Assembly: GCA_051942245.1 (NCBI GenBank)
Contig: JAVECL010000095.1
Location: 1-54,854, forward strand
DNA from: Trypethelium eluteriae
Taxonomy: Eukaryota
Direction: 5' to 3'
DNA length: 54,854 nt
Part shown: positions 36,122-49,101 of the stretch, piece by piece
How positions within the stretch are numbered: the stretch's first letter is position 1
Layout: every line of letters starts with the position of its first letter
Position numbers and translations under genes: made by a program
The notes under the pieces: model-generated
The model's database searches: none
Told to the model about the DNA's origin: nothing
What the model saw: the letters and a program-made list of their open reading frames with translations, nothing else

Positions 36122-37336
36122 ATGGGGGATGGATTTACATTCGATTTCCATGGTGACGACATAGATAAACCTGAAGACAGCTATGACGACGCAGCTGCAA
36201 GGGGTAGTAGCACTAACATCGCAAGTTGTGTCGAGATATCGCAGTTCGAGGTAGAAAAACTGGATTTAGAAGATATGGTAGGTCCAAATGGTTCACTTCA
36301 GAACCTAGTCGTTGGAGCTGAGAGCATGTACTTCTCCCTCATTTCCTCGTTATTATATACTGACTACCTCTTTCCACAGATATCTTGCCTTCCATCGAAG
36401 ATCTCATACAGCACAGTCGAGATAGAATCGCCAAAAGGCCGCAAGATAAGCATCCCTCGGCGGGAGCTCTTCGACATCAGAATACAACTGATGGCCGAAG
36501 ACGATAGCTTATCATCCAACGCCGGGCTCAACGATGCTGATATCCGGACTAATATTTACGAAGGTGGCTGTAAATCCTGGGAATGCTCCATCGATCTGGC
36601 TAAGTTGTTGCTTGACCGTGGCCCGAGAAAAGACATTGATGATCTCTGTCGAGTTGACCATGTCGTTGAGGTGATCTCCTCTCCGTTAAACAAGAAAAGA
36701 CAAAGGTGTTAGAGCTGTAATTGACCCTACTCGCAGCTCGGCTGTGGGACCGCCATCCCGTCCCTCATCCTTTTTCAATATGCTATCGAGTCCGGTCTGT
36801 CGCTTTACTTCACTCTAGCCGACTACAACGCTGCCGTGCTCCGCTTAGTGACCCTCCCTAATCTCCTACTAACATGGGCGAAGACCAGCTCTTCTGGAAT
36901 CAGGGATCCTCTCGTCTCCTCTTCCGAAGGGGATCTGGAAATTACGCCCGGTCTCGTAACGTCATTCAAATCTTTCCTCGCCGAAAGCGGTATTACACTG
37001 TCCTTAATCTCCGGAGCATGGTCTCCTCCCCTCGTGGACTTGATTCCAACGGCTCCGTCCATGACGCTTCTCGTGCTCGCATCTGAGACCATTTACTCTC
37101 CAGCTTCGCTCTCTGCTTTCACAGAAACGCTGGTCGGAGTGTTACAGCGGGTAAAGATGGGGAAGGCAATGATGGGGGCTAAACGGATGTATTTTGGTGT
37201 TGGAGGGAGCGTGGATACTTTCAAGGAGGAATGTGCGAGAAGAAATGCGGTTGCTTATGAGATCGATAATCATGGGGTCGAAGGTTTGGATGGCCACGGC
37301 GTAAGACGGTGCTTATTAGAGGTTCAGATGATGTGA
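36122..37336 (+). CDS. HPM1: Histidine protein methyltransferase 1-like (Hpm1/METTL18 family)
   Basis: Exons 36122-36277, 36380-36670, 36737-37336. Motifs FTFDFHGDDID, PRRELFDIRIQLMAED, IYEGGCKSWECSIDL, SAM motif I VVELGCGTAIP, LADYN, VLASETIYS, AKRMYFGVGGSV. Confidence 0.88.
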
Positions 37337-37631
37337 CGTCGTCCAATTTGGACCAGAATTTGCCATACAGTAGCAATCATAGTAATGAATGCAGAAAGTG
37401 CGGCCTGATGGTATTCATGATTACGTGCTATGTTCTGTGACAATCCGGAAGACTTGGCACGGTGACTCTGATAGAGAAGGGGACCGTTGAGGGCTGGAGC
37501 AGCGGCTGACTGCAGTCGCTTTATAATTGTGTTTGGATGAGACACCTCATTCTATCCGCATTTTTGAAGACTGAATGAAAAACAATCTCTCTGTAATTAA
37601 CGAAGACTCGCGTAGGCGAATATGCTTCTAC

Positions 37632-38894
37632 TCAACGGGTTCCTCTGGCTCCAGCAGGAGCACCTTGTCGACGTTTAACCAGAGCTCGACCAACGGCGTC
37701 CCGGACGGTTGGATCTGAGCGTATCGTATTTTGAACGAGCCACTCTTGGAGACCATTCCGAAGTGCTTGCATGCCCTGTTCGTCGGCCGAAAATGGTGTT
37801 ACGTCTAAGCTTAGTAGCCTGACAGTTTCTTGGTCTGCCAGTTTTACAGCATTCGCTAGTCGGTTCAGTTGACGTTGTTGCAATGCATCGCTGTTGAGCT
37901 GTCCTGTGGCGGTAGGTTCGTGGAGGAGTGGACCTAGTTGGGAGAGTGCGATGAACACGGTAAACGCTATCTTGCGCGCAAGCTGCAGGACTTGGAATGG
38001 CAAGTACGGAGATCGCCCTGACATGGTATTGACGACGGGATTAACGAGTCTTGTAATGAGACGAGGGAGGATAGGGCGAGTAATGATATGGACTTCCAGA
38101 GCACAAATTGCAGCAAATGTTACGTAGCGCCACTGTGAGCTTTAGCACAGCAGCCCTTGAGTAGACATTGCATGGTTTGATACTTACATACTTGCCCCAT
38201 TCGAGATATCCGAAAAATCCTAGAGCTAGCATTCCGAGTCCTACGGAAACATAGAAAGGGATCGTGCGCCTAACTCCAGCGAATACATAGTCCCGAACAG
38301 TTGTGCAATGCCTCCATTCTATTACTTCCGGTCCGAATCGGTCATAAGCGAATCGTCTTGCTGAGTCCGTGAGCGTATCCCGCGCAAGCTTCAAAGTTAC
38401 AAAGTATGATTCGGCTGCAGACTGTGCCTCTGCCGTAGTTGCCTTATCAGGGTGGTGCAATATCGTGCTGGGAATTTTCAGCTTGGGCCCTGTAGCCAAC
38501 TGGACTCGTCGATGAACTCTTGCATAGGACCAACTTACAGCTTCCTGAATCTTGACTGTATCGCTCGCTCATCAGCGTTTGGTAAGACGCCCAAGGTTGT
38601 GTAGAAGTCTCCTTCTCTTCGAAGTTGCCAATCCGCTTCAAAAATTGTAAAGGCTAAGTAAAGCACGATGACGATCATTTGTATACGTCGGCGATGTATG
38701 ACATATCGTTGAGTGCCAGGTATGGGTCTTTGTTCTCCAGCACGAATCGTGATGCCGTAGTAGATGCTTTGTAGCCATCCCGCGATTTGCTGGTTGTTAA
38801 GTTAGTGCTAATAAACGGCCCGCATGGCAATTAGAATGCTTACATTTGGTAGAAATGTCCAGCCGATGAGCGACAAGAGCCCGCTGCTAGACAT
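37632..38894 (-). CDS. Membrane-associated DnaJ-domain protein
   Basis: Exons 38894-38844, 38789-38539, 38467-38188, 38132-37632. Hydrophobic N-terminus, J-domain DFYTTLGV...IQSRFRKLTILHHPDK...RRFAYDRFG with the HPD motif, and further TM segments. Confidence 0.9.
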
Positions 38895-39394
38895 TTTGGG
38901 TTTTCTCACAGAATCTAAATCATGCGCCGTGAGTTGTGAAAGCCAGATGTTCTTTGGAGCTTTCGGAATACTTTCCACGGCACGGATCGCGACTTTGGAT
39001 CCCGGTCGGAATATAATCACAAAAAACAGGGTCTAGCTACCTAGGTAAATAGGCAATGCCTACTCAAAGGTGCTAGCGTTGCAGGAACATTGAGATGTTG
39101 CTTGCTGGAGTGAATATAGGTGACTATGTACGCTGCGGATCAATCTCATTCCGTATAAGACGTGAGAGAAAGAGAGAAATGTCAATTCCCAATACAGACT
39201 ATCATAATTTTGCGCCCAAACTACTACATTCGTACGCATTGTCAAGGAAAGCCGAATGTCCAACCTAGAATGGAGGTTTCGCAGTTCATTCGAGCCATTT
39301 TTGGAAGCTAAGACCACACTCCCAAGACGTCCAATCTCCATCCACATGTCTCGTAATTGTTGTTCCCTTCGAACATCATCGTAGCAGGGGAAGA

Positions 39395-40409
39395 CTACGC
39401 CTTCGTAGCCGCCCACAGAGCCTGCGTCTTTCCTATCCCAGCGATCATCCCACATAATCCCATGATCCCCATATTCATACCTGGCACTCCACCTTCCAAA
39501 CTGTAATGCACAGCAACCGGCAGCCAGCTCACCGGCACGATCAACTCCCGCCACCATTTCGCATCCTCGTCGTCCATTTCCCTCTTTCCCCCCTTCTCCA
39601 CATTCGTCCTCGCATCTCCCTGTTCATCCCCGCTCCCCGCCACCTCCCTTCTCCGCCGCATCAATACCGCTTCTCGCAGCACCCGCAGCAAGTCACACGA
39701 CACACCGACTAACCACGCGCGGCAGCTCCAGAGCATCACCCTTCCCACATCTGCCTTGCCACCGCGAGCAAAACGGTCGAGGAACGACTTCGGGATCACG
39801 CCGGCCTCAATGAGCACATAGATGTTTTCGAGGAGCTGGAAGGCGAAGTAGCCGAGGCACTGCGTAATAGTGATGCGGTGAAGGAGGGCGTCGTCGGTAG
39901 GACCGGAGGTTTTGGTGAGGAGAGCCCGGAGGGTGGCGTAGATTGCGGGGAGGCCGAGGAGGCGGAGGTTGGTGCGGGTTTTGGAGATGAGGGAGGCGAG
40001 GCTGAGGAGGGGAGAGATGGCGGCGACGGTGGAGGGGGTGGGTGGCGGCTTGGTCGGCGGAATGGGACGTTTGTAATTTAAGGTGTGGAGGAAGAGTTGT
40101 GAGAAGCGGGCGAGGAAGGGAGTTTGGGTCCGGAGGTGCGCGATAAGGTAGAGTGCGTAGTTTGACGTCGAAAGCAGAGAGCTGAGGCCTCCTGGAGATC
40201 CGATGAGTCTACTCGAGAGTTAGCCTTTTGATTCGGATTGATGGATTGCTCATAACCAACTTGTTAAGCCTCAGGACCACACTGTCGGCTTGAGCTGCAA
40301 GGGATATGGCATTTTTCTGGACGGAATAATCTTTGGAAATGGCTCCCTTTGACGGCGGAGCCACGTCTTTTGGGCCATCAGCGCCTGGCTCAACGACTGG
40401 GTCACTCAT
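39395..40409 (-). CDS. Peroxin-11 family protein (Pex11C-like)
   Basis: Exons 40409-40261 and 40208-39395. Reads VLRLNKLIGSPGGLSSLLSTSNY, TNLRLLGL, FQLLENIYVL, LWSCRAWLVGVSCDLLR, WLPVAVHYSLEGG, with a hydrophobic C-terminus. Confidence 0.82.
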
Positions 40410-40786
40410 CGTGAGAATGGAACGGAGGTTTGGCCTGCAATCGCACGCTGTACTGTCGTTTATTACTTGGATCCAGAAACTAAGCGTAAGGTAAGCTGCC
40501 CCTAATTACGTAGACCCTGGCCCCGCATTTCGCTAACCCTTTTAAATTTGTACCGAGCCGAGGCACTAGATAATTACCAGATCCAGAAATTGTTCCAGGT
40601 TCGCGATTTCTGAATCGTCGAGAGCAAAGACCCATGAAGCCTTGAAAGATGCTACTCAGAGGGGCATCTAAAGAGATCGCAATGCGATTCAATGTTACAG
40701 AAATGAGGACAACAATCTAAATCGATAGCTACGGTTTAAGTTTCTGTCTTTTGATAAATTGGGGATCAAATTAAGAATTGGGGTTT

Positions 40787-41919
40787 TTACATTTTTGAGG
40801 CTTTGTTATTGACAGTATCGACCCCCTCGTCGGCAATGGTGTTGGATATGAAGTTAACAGCACGCTCCTTCATAGCTGGCGTGAACTCATGGCCAACTCC
40901 ATCAAAGACAATGTCTTCCAAGTGCGTTCCTTTGTCTGAGAACCAGCCCCCTGGAGCCATTGCGTTCTTCAGAAATTTGAGGAAAGGCTCGCCACAGACA
41001 TATGGGACCAGCTTGTCGGCTTTGCCAGCCATGTTGAGTATTCTTCTGCTGCCTAATCGATCTTCCATTATTGGCCTCAGCCTTTGCTTTTCAGACTCTG
41101 ATAAGTTTGAGAGACGATCCTCGTCGTTCTTATCCAGCAGGGAGATAAGCATACTGGCAGGGTCGTAGAGTTCGACCGTGTCTAAGAGACCCTGAGGAAA
41201 GTCAGGGGAGCCGAAGAATTGAGATCCGGGCGGATCTGACGAGGTCCATGTTTTGAGCTTAGATTTGCGAGCTCGATCTCCCATCAGAGCCATATAATCG
41301 GGGCATCCCACGACAATAATTGCGGTACTGATTCGCACGTCGTTCATGATACAATGCCAAGCAGCGTGGGCTCCAAGGGAAACGCCCAGAACCAGGTTCA
41401 TGGTGATGCTATGTTCATTGTGGGGGAAAGCATAGGCGGAGAGGTATTCTAATAGCGCGCTGGTATCAATCGCAGTCCCCTCTAAGAAGAATTAGCAAGG
41501 ACTGATCTGTACGAAATTTCCAAAAGCTACATACGAAAAATGGAGAACATGTCTTGAGCATGCCGCGGATTGCCTTGTCTCCAAGCTTCGTTCGCCAGAT
41601 CATCCACTTTCCGTGTCCCGTGGTTCCGTTGATCAAATGCGACGGCTATCAAACCTTTTGGAGAGTGGCCTCCTCTACCATCTTTCAACCGGTTGTTCCA
41701 GTCATGAATTGAGGCTGCGGCTACATGTTGCATTGTCTCTTTTTTCTGTTTACGGGGATGAAGAAGCCATAGACATGCGACCTCTTGCAGCGGACCGGGA
41801 AGCTCTTCAAGTCCAAATACGTCCGTAATGATACCTGCGATGGTGAAAGTCTTTTTGGACACTGGTAGTTCATTAGAATCTGTGTGTGTCTGCTCCATAG
41901 GATTATTCGGAGCGGCCAT
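40787..41919 (-). CDS. Alpha/beta-hydrolase fold protein
   Basis: Exons 41919-41535 and 41481-40787. Motifs LWLLHPR, FDQRNHGTR, nucleophile elbow GVSLGAH, acid residue in GKADKLVP, catalytic His in GVGHEF. Confidence 0.9.
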
Positions 41920-42421
41920 GATTGGCGTTAGGCTGCTTCAGAAATGACAAGGAGACAAAATCAATTATTACGTTTTTGGAGGAGAAAAGGGAAGAATACC
42001 TCTTACCTTATTAGTCTCGGAGCTCCCCACAGTTGAGCCCCCTCGCGCCCCTGCCCTCTCCACAAAAGCGTGGCTAGGTGTGCCAGGGTTAAGCATGCGC
42101 AAGGAGCATTTGATCTCATCTCGCGTTGTGGCGCATGCCCGTCACGCTTCCATTCGCAGTTCCACCGACTTTTTCCTGTCTCACCTTTGAATGCCCATTG
42201 CTCTGCCGAGCATGGGGTTTCCTGGCACTATTTCGCTCTTCCAAATCCTGGGGAACTAGCTTGGCTTCATTGCTCCAGTACAGCATGTTGCATTCTTTCT
42301 TCTATCCTATTCTGCCATCACCTCTTCGGTCGAGTCTGTTCGAACTTGCTACCCAACCTAGAGACCCCTAATAATACCTTCCAAATTGACGAATTGGTCC
42401 CATGCAACCCCCTTCAACGAG

Positions 42422-45400
42422 ATGTCGAACACTCGAGAGTCTAGTATGAGTGTCTCTCCCGGAACTAGAAGCCCTCGCTCCCGTTCTCCCGCATACTCAT
42501 CGGGTGTAGATGGCATACGCAGCCAGTCTTTGACAAGGGCTACATCTTCACCCCTTCGTACGGAGCAAAAGGTGGACAATCTAAGCAATGGCCATATAAT
42601 TCCTGGCAGTCAAAGTCCCAGATCCGCGACCTCTGGATCTATCCGGTTCGCGGATGGCCCGAATGGCGAGTTCCCATTTCATGCTACCAATGGTACTTCG
42701 GGCCAGTCTCCAACCAACGAACTATTCAATAAAGCCAAACAGCCTACCCATTCGCACACGGCCTCAGTGCAGGGTCAGACCCCCGACCAGCATATGACCA
42801 CGAACAATGATGAGCAGCCACTGTCGCGAAAGTGGACCAACCAATCTGGCGCTGCCACGCCCCCTGGCCGACGCAGCGTACAATTTGCTCGTCCCGATCC
42901 CTCTCATTCCGGGCAAGCGAGACAACAATCATGGGAAGTCGAAGAAGGGGACAATAGAGGTAGGCAGGGCTCATCATTCATGTCCAAGCTCAAAGCACTT
43001 GCCTCGCCTATGCAGACACATAGCAGGACCATGAGTGGGTTAACTGTCGGTGATTCAACAATCGAGGAGCACGTTCCAACTACAACACAGTCAGAACCTG
43101 GTGTACATGGTGATACTGGTAGTGAAGCAGACGCCGACGGCGAAGAGAGCGCGGATGAGGAAGGCGCTCATGGCTCTTCATCGGCACCAAGAACTAAAAG
43201 GAAAACCCGTCGGCCTCCCAACCCCGGAACGCAGACAGCCCCAACTACGCCAAGGACTCCCCGGCTAACGTCATTCTTCCGTGACCGCGATCGCGACTCT
43301 CCAGTTGGTACGCCTAATACCGTTTCCACCTTTCGACCGACCTTCTTGACACGCCGAGCTACTATGACAGATATACCTGAAGATCGTAGAGCAGGTTTGT
43401 CTGAAGACGAAGGACGAAACCGTCTGGAAAAGCAGAGCACGTGGCGAAGAGGTAGTGCAAGGGCACAGCAAGGGTGGGGTCTTAGCTATAGCTTAGGAAG
43501 AAGGCAGCAAGACGGAGAAGAGAGTCCTGATACCAGAAGACCTATCAACTTTAGGCGCATTACCGGGCTCGGGCAAGGCGCAAACGGCGAGCCATCCCCT
43601 TTAGCTTGGAGGCGTCAAGGTGATCGCACCGCTAGTGTGAGCGCAGCCAAATGGAGAGAAATCAAGGCAGGTATCAAAGCGATGGGACGGAAGAAGAAGG
43701 ATCCACAGATGTTGGTTGATCACCAGAAATCAGCAGAGCTGATGGCAGAACTACTTGCAGGCGCACCGGCTGCACTTTTTGCTGCAAGCATGTTTCAATC
43801 GGATGAGCACGGTCGAAAACGATTGCCAGTCCTATTAGAGCAACTCAAAGTTCGAATCGTTGACAGTCAAAGGATTGAAAGCCGAGCTGGAGATCGACAT
43901 ATGGTGTTCAAAATCGAGATGGAATATGGCAGTGGCTTGACTCGAATGAAATGGGTCATCCATCGGACATTACGTGATTTCACAAATCTGCATGTGAAAT
44001 ACAAACTGCAGATGCAACAAGAGAAATACATCCATAGAAAAGGGGACGACCCCAGCCGAGCCCGCCTTCCGCGATTTCCACGAAGCGCTTTTCCATACCT
44101 GCGTGGTGTTCGAGGTCTGGCCGATGAAGACGAGGAAGAAGGCGAAGACGGCGGCACTGGCGGCGAGACCAGTGATCCACACGGTGACGCCAGTGGGACT
44201 GACAGACCTGCCAGAAATAAGAGGCGGCGCTCCTCCTTCAATCCCTTGAGACGCAAATCAAGCATAGGCACTATTCATGGCACTACAGGTGAAATGGCTG
44301 CGAGGACTGGCGGCGTCGTCGGTGCTCTCGCTACTGCTCAACACCGTCGAGAGCCGTATCAAGAGCGTCAGCGAAAGAAGCTAGAGACCTACCTTCAGCA
44401 AATGATTCGGTTTCTCATCTTTCGGGCGGACAGTAATAGACTTTGTAAATTCCTAGAGCTCTCAGCGTTGGGCATTCGCTTGGCGTCTGAGGGCGGCTAT
44501 CACGGAAAGGAAGGTCTCATGGTCATTCAATCTGGCAAAGGGGTTGATTTCAGAAGGGCGCTGAACCCTGCACTCATTAAAGAGAGACATCGACCGATGT
44601 GGTTCCTCGTTCGGCACAGCTACGTCGTGTGCGTAGACTCACCGGAAAGCATGAATATATATGATGTCTTCCTCGTGGATCCGGACTTTGCGACTGAGTC
44701 CAGAAAAAGACTGCGAGATCAAAATCCGCAAGAGCTGGCCAAGAGCGCGAAACCATCATCGAAGCACCATTTGCTTCGCCTGCGAAATTCAGAGCGAAAG
44801 CTGAAGCTTCTGGCTCGAAATGAGCGACAATTACAACAGTTCAAGGAGTCCATTAGCTTTATGATGGGCCTCACGGAGTGGTCGAAGCCTCATCGATTCG
44901 ACAGTTTTGCTCCCGTTCGCTACAATGTCTTTGCAAGATGGCTTGTTGACGGAAGGGACTACATGTGGAATGTCTCAAGAGCAATCAGTATGGCCCGAGA
45001 TGTGGTATATATCCACGACTGGTGGCTCAGTCCAGAACTCTACATGCGTCGCCCTGCAGCCATCAGCCAGAAGTGGAGGCTTGACAGGCTCTTACAAAAA
45101 AAGGCCCAAGAAGGCGTCAAGATCTACATTATCGTCTACCGGAATATCAATTCTGCAATTCCTATCGATTCAGAATACACCAAGTTTTCGCTCCTTGACT
45201 TACATGCGAATATCTTCGTGCAACGGTCTCCCAACCAGTTCAGACAGAACACATTTTTTTGGGCCCATCACGAAAAACTTTGCATTATAGACCATAGTGT
45301 GGCGTTCTGTGGAGGAGTTGACCTTTGCTTCGGAAGATGGGATACCCCGGAACACAGTCTGGTAGATGACAAGCTCACCGGCTTTGAACTCAATGATGCT

Positions 45401-48228
45401 CCCAAGGATGCTGATCACTGCCAGCTTTGGCCCGGCAAAGATTATTCCAACCCTCGTGTGCAAGACTTTTATGCTCTTGATAAGCCTTACGAAGAGATGT
45501 ACGATCGTACAAAGATTCCTCGCATGCCATGGCATGACATCGCTATGCAGATGGTCGGTCAACCTGCGAGGGATCTCACAAGGCATTTCGTGCAGCGCTG
45601 GAATTATATTCTCCGTCAGCGAAAGCCTTCTCGACCCACGCCATTCCTCTTGCCTCCACCCGACTTCATTCCCGAGGACATCCAAGCTTTGGGACTGGAC
45701 GGAACCTGTGAAGTTCAAATCCTTCGCTCTTGTAGTTCTTGGTCTATTGGAACTCCAGACAAAACAGAGCATAGCATCATGAATGCCTACGTCAAGCTCA
45801 TTGAAGAATCGGAACATTTCATCTACATTGAAAATCAGTTTTTCATTAGTAGCTGTAATGTAGACGGCACCTTGATCCAGAATACCATAGGTGATGCTAT
45901 CGTCGAACGAATCAAACGGGCGTACGCAAATGACGAGGATTGGCGCATCATTATTGTCATCCCACTCATGCCAGGTTTCCAAAACACGGTCGATGCACAA
46001 GATGGCACTAGCGTACGGTTAATCATGCAATGTCAATATCGTAGCATTTCTCGTGGAGATACGTCTATCTTTGCCCGACTCAGAGATGCCGGTATTGAGC
46101 CAGAGGATTATATCCAATTCTATTCTCTACGCCAATGGGGCAAAATTGGCCCTCGCAAAGTCTTGATTACTGAGCAGCTGTATATCCATGCCAAATGCAT
46201 GATTGTGGATGATCGCGTTGTCATCATGGGATCCGCCAACATCAATGAACGTTCAATGTTAGGCTCTAGGGACTCTGAAGTCGCCGCCGTTGTTAGGGAT
46301 ACTGACATGATTCCATCTGTCATGGCAGGTGAAGAATATGCCGTGGGTCGCTTCCCACACACCCTCCGCATGAGATTAATGAGAGAGCATCTCGGAATCG
46401 ATGTCGATACCCTCGAAGAGGAAGAACGAGACAGTGGCGAGTGGGACCGGGACACCGAGCAGACGGTCGAACCCAATTCATCGTCACTGGCCTCCCCGGC
46501 CACCATTCATGAGACGGAGAGAAAGCTGATGGATTCTACTCATCGCATTCAAGATGATCTTATTGCTCGTTCCGAAAATCTGTATAGCTTCAATCATGAG
46601 CACGAAGGGGAACGTAGCACCATTCATGAGCTTGACGGACAAAAGGACCTCAGCATTGATGCCCAGTCGCCCCAGGTAGCAGACCATCAGCGTGATGTTC
46701 GAGGAGAGGGTGCAGACAATATGCGCAGTCTGAGCAACGAGCTTCACGTGGATGGCGGCCGTGACTCAGCCTTTGTCGGTGGCGATCGCGAGGTCCTTGT
46801 CAATGATATTGCTACTGAAGGCAAAGGCACCCTCAGTTCTCCAGGATCTCCAAAGAATGATTCTCACGGCTTGTCAGACTTTCGCAAGAGGTCGGCAACT
46901 CAGAGCAAGACGCGCCACCGATCTAAGACTTTAGGGCTGTCTGATCTCAGTCATTTTGATTCTGCTGCTGTCGCATTGCCACCTCCAACTCTTCCGCGTA
47001 TGGATACACAGGCCCTAGGCCTCACCCAACTCTCTCAGCTACCAGCATTACCAGTGACGGATGACACGGATATTGGTGGTCCGCCTCTAACTCGCCGCTT
47101 TTCCAATACCTCAGCAGCTCTGGTCAACCCCCTCATTTCGTCTATGCGCCGTCCCGTCATCGACGATGATTGTATGCGCGATCCCGTCTCACCATCTTTC
47201 TTTCTCGATATCTGGCATGCCGTCGCCGAAAACAACACGAAGCTGTATCGACAGGTCTTCCGCTGCATGCCAGACACCGAAGCCCGCGACTGGCGCGCCT
47301 ACAAGGAATTCACGGCTTACAACGAACGTTTCATGCAAGCTCAAGGCCTAAACAAACCCTCTGGGCGGAAAGCGCACGAAAGCGGTGTGCGCTCGGGACC
47401 ACCTGGCACAGGCACGAAGATGGAGTCAATACCCGGTCTCTCGACACTGCAAACCGTAGGGGAGAAAGCCGAACTCGCCGCCGAAAGATTCTTGGATGAG
47501 ATCAGCGGCGGAAACCGCAACAACGCCGACGCCGACGAGAAGAGAGACGCCAGCTCCAACACGAAACTCGAGAACGTCAGCGAATGGGCCGAAGACCAGA
47601 CGAAGAGCCTCCACGCATCATCTCAGCTTGACGAGAAACTCGCCTTGAAAGCCGCCGACGACGACTTAGCAGCCAGCAAGGACTCGATCGAAAAGGACAA
47701 CAATAACACCCCAACCCCCAACCCGTCTTCTGATACCACCATCGCCGCCACAACCCCCGATCGCCCCCGCTCTCGCACCCTTCAGAATGCAGAGTCGCAG
47801 ACGAATTCGAACGGCCTCTACTCCTCCTCATCATCCACCCAGCAGCCACTCAAACACAGCAGTACGGCAGCAACAGCAGCAGGAGGAGGTGGAGGAGGAC
47901 GTCGGAGGCGCGCAACGACACGGAGCAGTGCCGCGAGTCGGGCGTTTGCTGCCTCGGACGAGCTGCTTTCGAAGGACGAGGCTGAGGCACTGCTGAAGCT
48001 CGTGCAGGGGACGCTGGTGTGCTGGCCGTATGATTGGTTGGAGAAGGAGGAGCGGGGCGGGAATTGGCTGTATAATATTGATCAGATTGCGCCGATTGAG
48101 ATTTAGTAAGTAGAATCCCCCTCCCCTTTTTTCCTTCTCTTTGCGTGTTTTGTTTCTTGCGTTCTGTTGTTTCCTACCTCTGTGTGAGGAAGCGGTGAAG
48201 CTGACCTGGTGTCTTCTATAGTGACTAA
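42422..48228 (+). CDS. SPO14: Phospholipase D1 (Spo14-like; PX/PH region and two HKD motifs)
   Basis: Long exon 42422-48105 plus a 7-nt coding exon 48222-48228. HKD motifs HHEKLCIID and HAKCMIVD; also YIHDWWLSPE, RMPWHD, YIENQFF, GSANINERS. First ATG is 42422 (the ORF-track start 42386 is TTG). Confidence 0.97.
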
Positions 48229-49101
48229 GTGCTCTCCGTTCCAAGTGAGTGCATGTGGATGGCCAGGATATATACTGCACTGGGAGAGCCCGCTACGGAA
48301 TGGCGGCCGCGAAGTGGAATTACCTTGGGATTCTCTTAGGTCTCTTTTGAAGTGGAAGCATCGGGTCCAGGGATCGGTTTTTTCTTTTTAGCACAGGGCC
48401 GGCAATGCTGTGCGCACAAATTTCGTTTGTTTCCTTTTCGTTCAGCAGTGTCCCTTTGACGGTCTCGTTGGCATAAGCTTCACCTTTTGTATGGGCGTTG
48501 TCAGTGGACATAGCGACGGCAGCACAAATGGATACAGGCATAGCTCAATCTTCGGGTTCTCGCGGGAATGTAGGAAAAGAAGGGCAGCCGGGGCACGGTA
48601 TTAGATTCACCATCACTGGGCTATAAAAGTATCTGGCTACTGGACGAGGCAATAAATATCTTACTATTATTCGCTGAACAATCAAGTCGTGCAATATATA
48701 AAATGGGTATGCATTATAACAGAGTTCAAGAAATAGGTAGTTATCGTAGGTACAGAGATCAAAAGGAGGCTTAGGGACAAAGGTCAGAAACAAGAGCTGC
48801 TATGCACGACGTAGAGACAGATGTGTCTGTGTATACAGTTTGTCCACTCAACCCAATAGCAAGTACGCGGGCCAGTTGTTTAACTCGAAAAGGGGGTATG
48901 CAACCAACATAGACAGGCTGTATGAGGCATCACAAACACACAGGTACCAGAATCAGCAAGGCGGCCAGTGAAGTCTTCGACAAGAAATAGAGGAAAAGAA
49001 TTTCCATCACTGGTCTTTCCAATCAAACCTTACTTACCACGCACACAGTTCTTCAGTAACACGTTTCTCAGACAGACACAATAACCAGTGAAGGCAGGCA
49101 T

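Noticed and set aside
39038..39047. Palindrome TACCTAGGTA and recurring TACCTA/TAGGTA hexamers in several promoters (11639, 21816, 25602, 52153)
   Set aside because: A hexamer is expected many times in 55 kb; enrichment cannot be shown without computation.
45200..46000. 266-aa antisense ORF inside PLD
   Set aside because: Antisense shadow of a conserved catalytic region with no recognisable motifs.
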